Source: an uncultured Ilumatobacteraceae bacterium (GTDB lineage Bacteria > Actinomycetota > Acidimicrobiia > Acidimicrobiales > Ilumatobacteraceae). Taken from it: 64,000 bases of DNA. Every line of letters starts with the position of its first letter. The first letter of the stretch is position 1. The stretch is taken from positions 125,651 to 189,650 of the forward strand of contig CAZKVJ010000005.1 of assembly GCA_964556225.1 (NCBI GenBank). Direction: 5' to 3'. Below, piece by piece: positions 8,731 through 17,666 of the stretch. A program made the position numbers and the translations under genes. The notes beneath the pieces were generated by a model, which saw only the letters and a program-made list of their open reading frames with translations, had not been told where the DNA came from and searched no databases.

Positions 8731-9860
8731 ACTTCGACCTCGACGACGAGCAGCAGGCCGTGCACGACCTGGCCGCGCAGGTCTTCGCCGGAGAGGCGCC
8801 CCCGGAGCGGGTGCGGGCGGTCGAGCGCGATCCCGACCCCGGGCGGCAGGGCTTCGACCGCAACCTCTGGCAGGCGCTCGCGACCACCGGTCTGCTGGGC
8901 CTGGTCGTGCCGGCGCAGTACGGCGGCAGCGGCAAGGACATGGTCGAGCTCGTCCTGATGCTCGAACAGCAAGGCCGCTGGGTCGCGCCGGTGCCGCTGT
9001 GGGGCACGCTGTGTGCAGCCATGACGATCGCCGAGTGGGGCACCGACGACCAGCGGGCACGCCTCCTGCCGGCGGTGGCGGCGGGCGACACGGTGCTGTC
9101 GAGCGCGCTCGCCGAGCCCGGCGCGAACGACGTCCTCCACCCGAGCGTCATGGCCACACCGGCGCAGGGTGATGGTGGCTGGCGGCTGACGGGCTGGAAG
9201 CCGTCGGTGCCGTTCGGGCGCCACGCCGACGTCGTGCTCGTCCCCGCCCGACGGCCCGACGGCAGCGTGCTGATCGCGCTCGTCGACCTCCACGGTCCGG
9301 GCGTCACGGTGGAACCGGTGCGCACGACGAACCACGAGCCCCAGGCCCACCTCGCTCTCGACGTGCTCGTCGAGGAGGGCGACGTGCTCGGCGGCGAGAG
9401 CGCCGACGGGCTGGGCGCGCTCACCTGGCTCTTCGAGCGGGCCCTCACCGGACTGTGCGCGCTGGCGCTCGGCGTGGCGCAGGGTTCGCTGGCGCTGACC
9501 GCCGAACACGTGTCCCACCGCATCCAGTTCGGCAAGCCGCTCTCGTCGTTCCAGGCGGTGGGCCAGCGTGCCGCCGACGGGTACATCACCACCGAGGCCA
9601 TGCGGGTCACCACGCTGAACGCCGCATGGCGCCTGGCGGAGGGCCTCGACGCCCGGCGTGACGTGCTGAGCGCCGCGTTCTGGGCCACCGAGGGCGGTCA
9701 GCAGGTGGTGCTCGCCGGCCAGCACCTCCACGGCGGCGTCGGTGCCGACATCGACTACCCCGTCCACCGCTACTTCCTCTGGGGCACCCAGCTCGGCACC
9801 GAGCTCGGGGCCGCCAGCGCCCACCTCGCCCGCCTGGGCCGACTGATCGCGACCGGATGA
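8727..9860 (+). CDS. Acyl-CoA dehydrogenase family protein (FadE-like, putative second subunit)
   Basis: ACAD fold (GLLGLVVPAQYGG, FGKPLSSFQAV, HLHGGVGADIDYPVHRYF). The HGG(V/I)G signature is typical of partner subunits of heteromeric steroid ACADs. ATGA overlap on both sides. Confidence 0.85.
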   Translation: MNFDLDDEQQAVHDLAAQVFAGEAPPERVRAVERDPDPGRQGFDRNLWQALATTGLLGLVVPAQYGGSGKDMVELVLMLEQQGRWVAPVPLWGTLCAAMTIAEWGTDDQRARLLPAVAAGDTVLSSALAEPGANDVLHPSVMATPAQGDGGWRLTGWKPSVPFGRHADVVLVPARRPDGSVLIALVDLHGPGVTVEPVRTTNHEPQAHLALDVLVEEGDVLGGESADGLGALTWLFERALTGLCALALGVAQGSLALTAEHVSHRIQFGKPLSSFQAVGQRAADGYITTEAMRVTTLNAAWRLAEGLDARRDVLSAAFWATEGGQQVVLAGQHLHGGVGADIDYPVHRYFLWGTQLGTELGAASAHLARLGRLIATG

Positions 9861-10294
9861 TGCCCACCTCACCCCGCCGAAGCTCACCCCGCCACGACGA
9901 CGTCCAGGTCGGCGACGAGCTGGCGCCGCTGTCGATCCCGCTCACCCGCACGCTGATCGTGTCGACGGCGATCGCCAGCCGTGACTACCAGGAGGTCCAC
10001 CACGACCCGGACCTCGCCCGCGAGCGCGGCAGCAAGGACATCATCATGAACATCCTGACGACGAACGGCTTCGTCGGGCGCTACGTCACGGACTGGGCCG
10101 GGCCGGACGCGATCATCCGCAGCGTCAAGATCCGCCTCGGCGTGCCGAACTACCCGGGCGACACCATGGTGATGACGGGCACCGTCACCGCCAAGGACGC
10201 CGCCACCGTCACCGTGGCCGTCCGGGGGGCCAACCAGCTCGGCGACCACGTGAACGCCACGGTCGAGCTGACCCTGCCGGGAGGTGCGCACTGA
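9857..10294 (+). CDS. MaoC family (R)-specific enoyl-CoA hydratase (ChsH1-like)
   Basis: Single hotdog domain with ASRDYQEVHHDPDLARERG (hydratase-2 motif region). Confidence 0.8.
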   Translation: MMPTSPRRSSPRHDDVQVGDELAPLSIPLTRTLIVSTAIASRDYQEVHHDPDLARERGSKDIIMNILTTNGFVGRYVTDWAGPDAIIRSVKIRLGVPNYPGDTMVMTGTVTAKDAATVTVAVRGANQLGDHVNATVELTLPGGAH

Positions 10295-11472
10295 TGCCGA
10301 ACCGGCTGGGCGGGCGCACCGCGATCGTCGGCATCGGCGCCACCGAGTTCTCGAAGGACTCGGGGCGCAGCGAGATGAGCCTCGCCTGTGAGGCGGTGCT
10401 GGCGGCCATCACCGATGCCGGGCTGTCGCCGTCCGAGGTCGACGGGATGGTCAGCTACACGGCCGACAACAACCCGGACATCGAGATCGCCCGCCATGTC
10501 GGCATCGGCGAGCTGCGCCACTTCAGCCGGGTCCACTACGGCGGCGGGGCGGCCTGCGGCACCGTGGCCATGGCGGCCATGGCCGTGGCCACCGGTGCCG
10601 CCGACGTCGTGGTGTGCTACCGGGCGTTCAACGAGCGCAGCGGCCGGCGCTTCGGTGCCGGGGTGCAGGACCTGGGCACCGACGCCACGGCCGAGCGGGC
10701 GCAGTTCTCGTGGACCACCCCGTTCGGGCTGCTCACGCCGGCCAGCTGGGTGGCGATGGTGGCCCGGCGCTACATGCACGTCTCGGGCGCCACCAGCGAG
10801 GACTTCGGCCGGGTCGCCGTGGCCGACCGCCGCCACGCCGCCACCAACCCGGCGGCCTGGTTCTACGGCCAGCCCATCACCCTGGCCGACCACCAGGCCA
10901 GCCGGTGGATCGTCGAGCCGCTCCACCTGCTCGACTGCTGCCAGGAGAGCGACGGGGCGCAAGCGCTGGTGGTCACGTCCGTCGAGCGGGCACGCGACCT
11001 CCCGAACCCGGCGGCGGTGGTCACCGCGGCGGCCCAGGGCGCCGGCGCCGAGCAGTGGACGATGACCAGCTTCTACCGCGATGACATCGCCCAGCTCCCG
11101 GAGATGGGGCTGGTGGCGCGAGAGCTGTGGGGTTCGTCGGGGCTGTCCCCGGCCGACATCCAGACCGCCGTGCTGTACGACCACTTCACGCCCTACGTGC
11201 TGATGCAGCTCGAGGAGTTCGGCTTCTGCGGTCGTGGCGAGGCGAAGGACTTCCTTCGCGACGGCGCCATCGAGCTCGGCGGTCGCCTCCCGATCAACAC
11301 CCACGGCGGCCAGCTCGGCGAGGCGTACATCCACGGGATGAACGGCATCGCCGAGGGCGTCCGCCAGGTGCGCGGCACCAGCGTCAACCAGGTGCCCGAT
11401 GTCCACAACGTGCTCGTCACCGCTGGCACCGGCGTGCCCACCAGCGGTCTGATCCTGTCCAGCGCGAGATGA
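10294..11472 (+). CDS. Thiolase-like lipid-transfer protein (Ltp2/SCP-x thiolase-like, putative retro-aldolase)
   Basis: Thiolase-fold protein of the Ltp class, lacking obvious classical thiolase Cys motifs (AIVGIGATEFSK..., NTHGGQLGEAYIHGMNG). TGATG junction with the upstream gene. Confidence 0.8.
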   Translation: MPNRLGGRTAIVGIGATEFSKDSGRSEMSLACEAVLAAITDAGLSPSEVDGMVSYTADNNPDIEIARHVGIGELRHFSRVHYGGGAACGTVAMAAMAVATGAADVVVCYRAFNERSGRRFGAGVQDLGTDATAERAQFSWTTPFGLLTPASWVAMVARRYMHVSGATSEDFGRVAVADRRHAATNPAAWFYGQPITLADHQASRWIVEPLHLLDCCQESDGAQALVVTSVERARDLPNPAAVVTAAAQGAGAEQWTMTSFYRDDIAQLPEMGLVARELWGSSGLSPADIQTAVLYDHFTPYVLMQLEEFGFCGRGEAKDFLRDGAIELGGRLPINTHGGQLGEAYIHGMNGIAEGVRQVRGTSVNQVPDVHNVLVTAGTGVPTSGLILSSAR

Positions 11473-11485
11473 ACGGAGCCCTGTC

Positions 11486-12718
11486 GTGACCACCGGATCG
11501 CTCAACCCCGTCCTCGAGTTCGAGACCCTCGACATCATCTCGAACGCCGCCTACCGGAACGGGCCGCCGCACGAGCTGTTCACCCTGATGCGCCGCGAGG
11601 CGCCGATCCTGCGCGCCCGGGGCATCGAGGAGGGCTTCCCCGAGTGGTTCTGGGCCGTCACCCGCCACGCCGACGTGATCGAGGTCAGCCGCAAGTTCCA
11701 GCTGTACTCGTCGGCTCGCAAGGGCGCCCTCATGATGGAAGAGCGCCCGGACCTCGACGTGGCCCGGATGATGATCGACACCGACCCGCCGGAGCACACC
11801 CGCCTGCGGATGCTCGTCAACCGGGGCTTCACGCCGAAGCAGATCCGTCTGCTCGAGGACCACTACCGCGACGTCTCGGCTCGTCTGGTCGACGAGGCGA
11901 TGGCCGAGGGCACGGTCGAGTTCGTGACGAAGGTGTCGAGCGAGCTGCCGCTGATCGCCATCGCCGAGCTGATGGGCATCCCGGTCGAGGACCGCCGGAT
12001 GGTGTTCGAGTGGTCGAACCGGATGATCGGCGCCCAGGACCCCGACTACGCCGGCTCCGACCCCGACGACGCCGCCAACGCCGCCGCCGAGCTCTACATG
12101 TACGCCAACCAGCTCGCCGCCGACCGCCGCCTGAACCCGAAGAACGACATCGTCACCACGCTCATCTCCGCCGAGGGGGACGACCAGCTGAGCGAGCACG
12201 AGTTCGACCTGTTCGCCCTGCTGTTCGCGGTGGCCGGCAACGAGACCACCCGCAACGGCATCAGCCACGGCCTGCTCGCGCTCCTCGAGCACCCCGAGGC
12301 GTTCGAGACCCTGAAGGACGACCCGTCGAAGATCGCCGCCGGCATCGAGGAGATGCTCCGCTGGGGCACGCCCGTGAACCACTTCCGCCGCACCGCCACG
12401 TGCGACGTGGAGCTGCACGGGGTGGAGATCGAAGAGGGCGACCCCGTCGCGATGTTCTACGTGTCGGCCAACCGCGACGAGGACGTGTTCGACGACCCGT
12501 TCCGCTTCGACGTGCTGCGAGAGCCGAACCCCCACCTCACGTTCGGCGGCGGCGGACCGCACTTCTGCCTCGGCTCGAACCTGGCCCGCCTCGAGATGCG
12601 GATCATCTTCGAGGAGCTGCTGGCCCGGGTGAACCGCATCGAGCTGGCCGGCGAGGTCACCCGGCTCCACTCCAGCTTCATCCACGGCATCAAGCAGCTG
12701 CCGGTGCGCCTCTCCTGA
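11486..12718 (+). CDS. Cytochrome P450
   Basis: I-helix AGNETTR, EEMLRW (ExxR) and heme loop FGGGGPHFCLG. GTG start 13 nt after the thiolase stop. Confidence 0.93.
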   Translation: MTTGSLNPVLEFETLDIISNAAYRNGPPHELFTLMRREAPILRARGIEEGFPEWFWAVTRHADVIEVSRKFQLYSSARKGALMMEERPDLDVARMMIDTDPPEHTRLRMLVNRGFTPKQIRLLEDHYRDVSARLVDEAMAEGTVEFVTKVSSELPLIAIAELMGIPVEDRRMVFEWSNRMIGAQDPDYAGSDPDDAANAAAELYMYANQLAADRRLNPKNDIVTTLISAEGDDQLSEHEFDLFALLFAVAGNETTRNGISHGLLALLEHPEAFETLKDDPSKIAAGIEEMLRWGTPVNHFRRTATCDVELHGVEIEEGDPVAMFYVSANRDEDVFDDPFRFDVLREPNPHLTFGGGGPHFCLGSNLARLEMRIIFEELLARVNRIELAGEVTRLHSSFIHGIKQLPVRLS

Positions 12719-12757
12719 GGTGGACGACGCTGCGCCACAGCATGCTGCAGTATTTGC

Positions 12758-13150
12758 ATGCTGACGGAGCGGCTCCCAGTGCTCATCGGTGCCGAGCAGC
12801 GCCGCCGCCTCGAAGCCGAGGCTGCACGGAGCGCCACGTCCGCTCGCCACGCTGGTCCGGGAGGCGATCGACGCCGCGCTCTTGCCCACGGGCCTCCGGT
12901 GCCGTGGTGGTCGATACGACGGTGCTGTTCCACGCGCTCGGCCGCGAACACCCGCGGCGCGAACCCTCCCACGACCTCGTGCGGGCGATCGACAACGGGC
13001 AGGTCAACGCAACCACGACGGTCGAGGTCATCGAGGAGCTCGCCCACGTGCGCGCCGGCGAACCGACCGGGCCGAGACCGCCCTGCGTGCCGGCGAGCAC
13101 GCCGCCCCGTTACCCCTCGTCACGGGACTCCCCAGGTCCCGCTCCTGCCG
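12758..13150 (+). pseudogene. Decayed vapBC-like type II TA remnant (RHH antitoxin + PIN toxin, frameshifted and truncated)
   Basis: The RHH-like MLTERLPVLIGAEQRRRLEAEAARS continues as ATLVREAIDAAL only after a frameshift near 12840. The PIN-like VVVDTTVLFHALG...TTTVEVIEELAHVRA (from 12904) shifts frame again near 13055 (RRTDRAETALRAGEHAAPLPLV). It then runs into the 3' end of the convergent CoA-transferase. Confidence 0.45.
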
Positions 13151-13159
13151 GTACAGAGC

Positions 13160-14350
13160 TCAGCCGAAGGCGCCCCGAGTGTGCAGGTCAGCGATGTCGT
13201 CCCAGGTGAGGCCGGCCTCGAGGAGCACCTCTTCGGTGTGCTGGCCGAGCTCGGGTGCGACCACCCCGGGCTGGGGCGGGGTCTCCGACATCTGCAGTGG
13301 CGAGCCGACCATGGTGAGCGGCCCGAACGTGGGGTGGTCGGCAGTGAACAGGTAGCCATTGGCCCAGACCTGCGGGTCGGTGGCCACGTCGGCGTAGTTC
13401 CGCACCGGGGCGAAGCGGATGCCGGCGGCCTTGAGGATCTCGCACCACTCATGGGTGGTGCGCCCGTGGAACGTGGTCTCGAGCTCCGCGAACAGCTGTC
13501 GCTTCGTGTCGCCGGTGTAGAGGATCCCCTGGAAGCGAGGGTCGGTGAACAGGTCCTCACGCTCGATCGCCCGGTAGAAGGCCTCGCGGGCCGGCAGCGG
13601 GACGCCGACCAGCGCGATCCAGCCATCGGCGGTGCGGAAGATGCCGTACGCGGCGTGGATCAGCGGGTGGCCGCGGTTCGCCCGGCCAGGAAGCGAACCG
13701 GTGAGGAAGTAGTGCGTGTACTCGGCCGCCTGGGCGTAGATCTGGCCGCCGATCAGCGAGACCTCGACCTTCTGACCCTGGCCGGTGCGCTCGCGCCAGA
13801 GCAGCGCGGCCAGGATCCCCACGGCGAGGTGCTGGGAGGCGATGTGGTCGGCGATGGTGGCGCCCACCGGCGTGACCTCGCCGCCGTCGGCGCCGGTGGT
13901 GGCGATCAGGCCGCCGGCCGCCTGACCGGCGATGTCGGCGCCCTCCCGGTCGGCCTCCGGACCGAGCGAGCCGTGCAGGCTGCCGGCGCCGTACACGATG
14001 CGGGGGTTCACGGCCGACAGGTCCTCGTAGCCCAGACCCCAGGCCTCCATCGTGCCGGGCTTGAAGTTGCTGATCACCACGTCGGCGGAGGCGGCCAGGC
14101 GCAGGAACGCCTCGCGGCCGCCCTCCGTGCGCACGTCGAGGGCCACGCTGCGCTTGTCGCGATTCAGCGCCAGGAAGTAGGCGCTGCGCGGGTCGCCCTC
14201 GTCGACGATGATCCAGCGGGCCTGCTCACCGAAGCCCGGCAGCTCGACTTTGACCACGTCGGCGCCCAGATCGGCGAGCATCGCCGCCGCCTGCGGCCCC
14301 TGCACCAGCAGACCGATCTCCAGAACCCGGATCCCATCGAGCGCCCCCAT
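13160..14350 (-). CDS. CaiB/BaiF family (family III) CoA-transferase / racemase-like protein
   Basis: MGALDGIRVLEIG...GPQAAAMLADLGADVVKVE is typical of family III CoA-transferases. ATG at 14350. Confidence 0.88.
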   Translation of the reverse strand: MGALDGIRVLEIGLLVQGPQAAAMLADLGADVVKVELPGFGEQARWIIVDEGDPRSAYFLALNRDKRSVALDVRTEGGREAFLRLAASADVVISNFKPGTMEAWGLGYEDLSAVNPRIVYGAGSLHGSLGPEADREGADIAGQAAGGLIATTGADGGEVTPVGATIADHIASQHLAVGILAALLWRERTGQGQKVEVSLIGGQIYAQAAEYTHYFLTGSLPGRANRGHPLIHAAYGIFRTADGWIALVGVPLPAREAFYRAIEREDLFTDPRFQGILYTGDTKRQLFAELETTFHGRTTHEWCEILKAAGIRFAPVRNYADVATDPQVWANGYLFTADHPTFGPLTMVGSPLQMSETPPQPGVVAPELGQHTEEVLLEAGLTWDDIADLHTRGAFG

Positions 14351-14381
14351 GCAGAGCGACGCTACCCAACCCACCCCCTCC

Positions 14382-14433
14382 ACTTCTGACGGAGTGTCAT
14401 CGCTCGTAGAGCGATCTTTCCCGCAGAGAACTG
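14382..14433 (-). promoter_or_regulatory. 52-nt structured leader element, copy 1 (candidate cis-regulatory RNA)
   Basis: The minus-strand read is CAGTTCTCTGCGGGAAAGATCGCTCTACGAGCGATGACACTCCGTCAGAAGT. It is 46/52 identical to 23367-23418. It has a 7-bp stem ATCGCTC/GAGCGAT with a 3-nt loop, a basal helix CTGCGG/CCG(T)CAG, and is followed by GGAGG. Confidence 0.5.
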
Positions 14434-14454
14434 GGGGCGTGGGAGACTCCCGGC

Positions 14455-15984
14455 GTGACCGGGCCGGTGCTGCTGGACGGGGGGGCCGCCTCCATCGCCG
14501 ACGTGGTGGCCGTGGCGCGCCACGACCGTCCGGTCGAGATCGGTCCGGCGGCCCGGGCAGCGATGGCCGCCAGCCGCGCCCGGGTCGAGCAGCTCGCGGC
14601 GTCCGAGATCCCCGCCTACGGCATCTCCACCGGCTTCGGATCGCTCGCCAACCGGCACATCCCCGTGGAGCACCGCCTGGCGCTGCAGCGCTCGCTGGTG
14701 CGCTCCCACGCCGCCGGCATGGGCGAACCGGTCGAGCGCGAGGTCGTCCGGGCGATGATGATGCTGCGCCTGCGGACCCTGTGCACCGGCCACACGGGTG
14801 TCCGTCCCGAGCTGGCCGACGCGCTGGCCGGCCTGCTCAACGCCGGCATCACCCCGGTGGTGCGCGAGCACGGCTCGCTCGGGTGCAGCGGCGACCTGGC
14901 CCCGCTCGCCCACGTGGCGCTCGTGCTCACCGGCGAGGGCGAGGCCACCGGACCGGACGGATCGACCGGACCGGTCCCCGCGCTGCTCGCCGCCGCAGGG
15001 CTCGAGCCGGTGGAGCTCCGCGAGAAGGAGGGCCTGGCGCTCATCAACGGCACCGACGGCATGCTCGGGATGCTGTGCCTCGCTTGCGACGACCTGGCCG
15101 AGCTGCTCCGGGCCGCCGACGTCGCGGCCGCGCTCAGCGTCGAGGCGCTGCTCGGCACCGACCAGGTCTTCCTTCCGGAGCTGCAGGCACTGCGCCCCCA
15201 TCCGGGCCAGGCGGCGAGCGCCGCCAACCTGCTGGCACTGCTCGCCGGCTCGGCGATGGTGGCCTCGCACCGCGAGGGCGACCTACGGGTGCAGGACGCC
15301 TACTCGCTGCGCTGCCATCCCCAGGTCGCCGGAGCGGTCCGCGACACGCTGGTGTTCGCGGTGCAGACCGCCGAGCGTGAGCTGGCGGCGGCGATCGACA
15401 ACCCGGCCGTGCTCCACGACGGCCGGGTCAGCTCCAGCGGCAACTTCCACGGCGCGCCCGTCGGCTACGCCTGCGACTTCCTCGCCATCGCCGCCGCCGA
15501 CCTCGGCGCCATCGCCGAACGGCGCACCGACCGCCACCTCGACCGCAACCGATCACACGGCCTGGCGCCGTTCCTGGCCGAGGACCCCGGCGTGGACTCG
15601 GGCTACATGATCGCCCACTACACCCAGGCGGCGATGGTGGCCGAGAACCGCCGCCTCGCCGCACCGGCCAGCGTCGACTCGATCCCGACGTCGGCCATGC
15701 AGGAGGACCACGTCTCGATGGGCTGGGGCGCCGCCCGCAAGCTGCGCCAGGTGCTCGACAACCTCACCCGGATCGTCGCCATCGAGCTGGCGACGGCCGC
15801 TCGCGCTGCCGCCCTGCGGGCACCGCTCGCGAGCTCGGCCCCGCTCGCCGCCGCCCGCGCCGCCATCGACGCCGCTGCCCACGGACCGGGACCCGACCGC
15901 TTCCTGTCGCCCGAGCTGCGGGCCGTCGAGGACCTCGTGCGGTCACGAGCCATCACCTCCGCCGTCGGCACCGAGCTTCGCTGA
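14455..15984 (+). CDS. hutH: Histidine ammonia-lyase
   Basis: Full-length HAL similarity (YGISTGFGSLA, GSLGCSGDLAPLAH MIO region, NFHGAP, QEDHVSMG). GTG start. Confidence 0.93.
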   Translation: MTGPVLLDGGAASIADVVAVARHDRPVEIGPAARAAMAASRARVEQLAASEIPAYGISTGFGSLANRHIPVEHRLALQRSLVRSHAAGMGEPVEREVVRAMMMLRLRTLCTGHTGVRPELADALAGLLNAGITPVVREHGSLGCSGDLAPLAHVALVLTGEGEATGPDGSTGPVPALLAAAGLEPVELREKEGLALINGTDGMLGMLCLACDDLAELLRAADVAAALSVEALLGTDQVFLPELQALRPHPGQAASAANLLALLAGSAMVASHREGDLRVQDAYSLRCHPQVAGAVRDTLVFAVQTAERELAAAIDNPAVLHDGRVSSSGNFHGAPVGYACDFLAIAAADLGAIAERRTDRHLDRNRSHGLAPFLAEDPGVDSGYMIAHYTQAAMVAENRRLAAPASVDSIPTSAMQEDHVSMGWGAARKLRQVLDNLTRIVAIELATAARAAALRAPLASSAPLAAARAAIDAAAHGPGPDRFLSPELRAVEDLVRSRAITSAVGTELR

Positions 15985-16005
15985 GGAGATTCCAGGAGAC
16001 TGACC

Positions 16006-17664
16006 ATGACCTCGGCCCCACGCACCGTCCGCTCACCGCGAGGCGCCACCCGAACGTGCGCCACCTGGCCGATCGAGGCCGCCTACCGGATGCTGCAGAA
16101 CAACCTCGACCCGGAGGTGGCCGAGCACCCGGCCGAGCTGGTCGTCTACGGCGGCACCGGCAAGGCGGCGCGCGACTGGGCCAGCTTCGACGCCATCTGC
16201 CGCACCCTCACGACGCTGCAGCCCGACGAGACGCTGCTCGTCCAGAGCGGCAAGCCGGTCGGCGTGATGCGCACCCACGAGTGGGCGCCCCGGGTCCTGA
16301 TCGCCAACTCCAACCTGGTCGGGGACTGGGCCACGTGGGACGAGTTCCGCCGGCTCGAGGCCATGGGGCTGATGATGTACGGCCAGATGACCGCCGGCTC
16401 CTGGATCTACATCGGCACCCAGGGCATCCTCCAGGGCACCTACGAGACGTTCGCCGCCGTGGCCGCCAAGCGCTTCGGCGGTTCGCTCACGGGCACCATC
16501 ACCCTGACGGGTGGCGTGGGCGGGATGGGTGGCGCCCAGCCGCTCGCCATCACCATGAACGGCGGCGTGGCGATCTGCCCGGACGTCGACCCGACCCGCA
16601 TCGAGCGCCGCATCCAGACCCGCTACCTCGACACCGTCGCCCACGATCTCGACGAGGCGCTGCGCCTGGCGGAGCAGGCCCGTACCGATGGCCGGGCGCT
16701 GTCCATCGGCCTGGTCGCCAACTGCGCCGACGTCTACCCCCGTCTGCTGGCCGCCGGCGCCCCGATCGACGTCGTCACCGACCAGACCAGCGCTCACGAC
16801 CCACTCGCCTACGTCCCCGAGGGCCTGTCCCTGGAGGAGGCGGCCGAGCTGCGTCGCGCCGACCCCGACGAGTACATCCGCCGGGCGAGGACCTCGATGG
16901 CCGAGCACTGCGCCGCCATGGTGGGGTTCCAGGAGCGTGGCGCCGAGGTCTTCGACTACGGCAACAGCCTGCGGGCCGAGGCCATGCTCGGCGGCTTCGA
17001 CCGGGCGATGGAGTACCCCGGCTTCGTGCCCGCCTACATCCGGCCGCTGTTCTGCGAGGGCAAGGGCCCGTTCCGGTGGGCGGCGCTGTCCGGCGACCCG
17101 GCCGACATCGCCGCCACTGACCGGGCCGTGCTCGAGACCTTCCCCGACAACGACGCGCTCGCCCGCTGGATCCGCATGGCCGGCGAGCGGGTCGCCTTCC
17201 AGGGGCTGCCGGCGCGCATCTGCTGGCTCGGCTACGGCGAGCGCGACCGCATGGGGCTGCGGTTCAACGAGATGGTCGCCGACGGCACCGTCAGCGCCCC
17301 GATCGTCATCGGCCGCGACCACCTCGACTGCGGGTCGGTCGCCTCGCCGTACCGGGAGACGGAGGCGATGCTCGACGGCTCGGACGCCATCGCCGACTGG
17401 CCGCTGCTGAACGCCATGGTCAACGTCGCCTCCGGTGCCAGCTGGGTCAGCATCCACCACGGCGGCGGCGTGGGCATCGGCCGCTCGATCCACGCCGGGC
17501 AGGTGGCCGTGGCCGATGGCACGGAGCTGGCCGCGCAGAAGCTCGAACGGGTGCTCACGAACGACCCCGGCATGGGGGTGATCCGCCACGTCGACGCCGG
17601 CTACGACCAGGCCGCTGTGGTGGCCGAGGAGCGGGGCGTGCGGATCCCGATGCGCGAGGGCTGA
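16006..17664 (+). CDS. hutU: Urocanate hydratase
   Basis: Characteristic sequence throughout ([51 protein letters not shown]). Confidence 0.95.
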   Translation: MTSAPRTVRSPRGATRTCATWPIEAAYRMLQNNLDPEVAEHPAELVVYGGTGKAARDWASFDAICRTLTTLQPDETLLVQSGKPVGVMRTHEWAPRVLIANSNLVGDWATWDEFRRLEAMGLMMYGQMTAGSWIYIGTQGILQGTYETFAAVAAKRFGGSLTGTITLTGGVGGMGGAQPLAITMNGGVAICPDVDPTRIERRIQTRYLDTVAHDLDEALRLAEQARTDGRALSIGLVANCADVYPRLLAAGAPIDVVTDQTSAHDPLAYVPEGLSLEEAAELRRADPDEYIRRARTSMAEHCAAMVGFQERGAEVFDYGNSLRAEAMLGGFDRAMEYPGFVPAYIRPLFCEGKGPFRWAALSGDPADIAATDRAVLETFPDNDALARWIRMAGERVAFQGLPARICWLGYGERDRMGLRFNEMVADGTVSAPIVIGRDHLDCGSVASPYRETEAMLDGSDAIADWPLLNAMVNVASGASWVSIHHGGGVGIGRSIHAGQVAVADGTELAAQKLERVLTNDPGMGVIRHVDAGYDQAAVVAEERGVRIPMREG

Positions 17665-17666
17665 GG

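Noticed and set aside
12758-14389. 543-aa plus-strand ORF starting at the RHH-like peptide.
   Set aside because: Only the first ~25 codons resemble an antitoxin. The remainder is antisense to the CoA-transferase gene.
14362-15270. Shared peptide RAMTLRQK in this ORF and in ORF 22813-23421, which could suggest a conserved small protein.
   Set aside because: Both ORFs are antisense shadow frames. The shared peptide is just the translation of the repeated 52-nt element.
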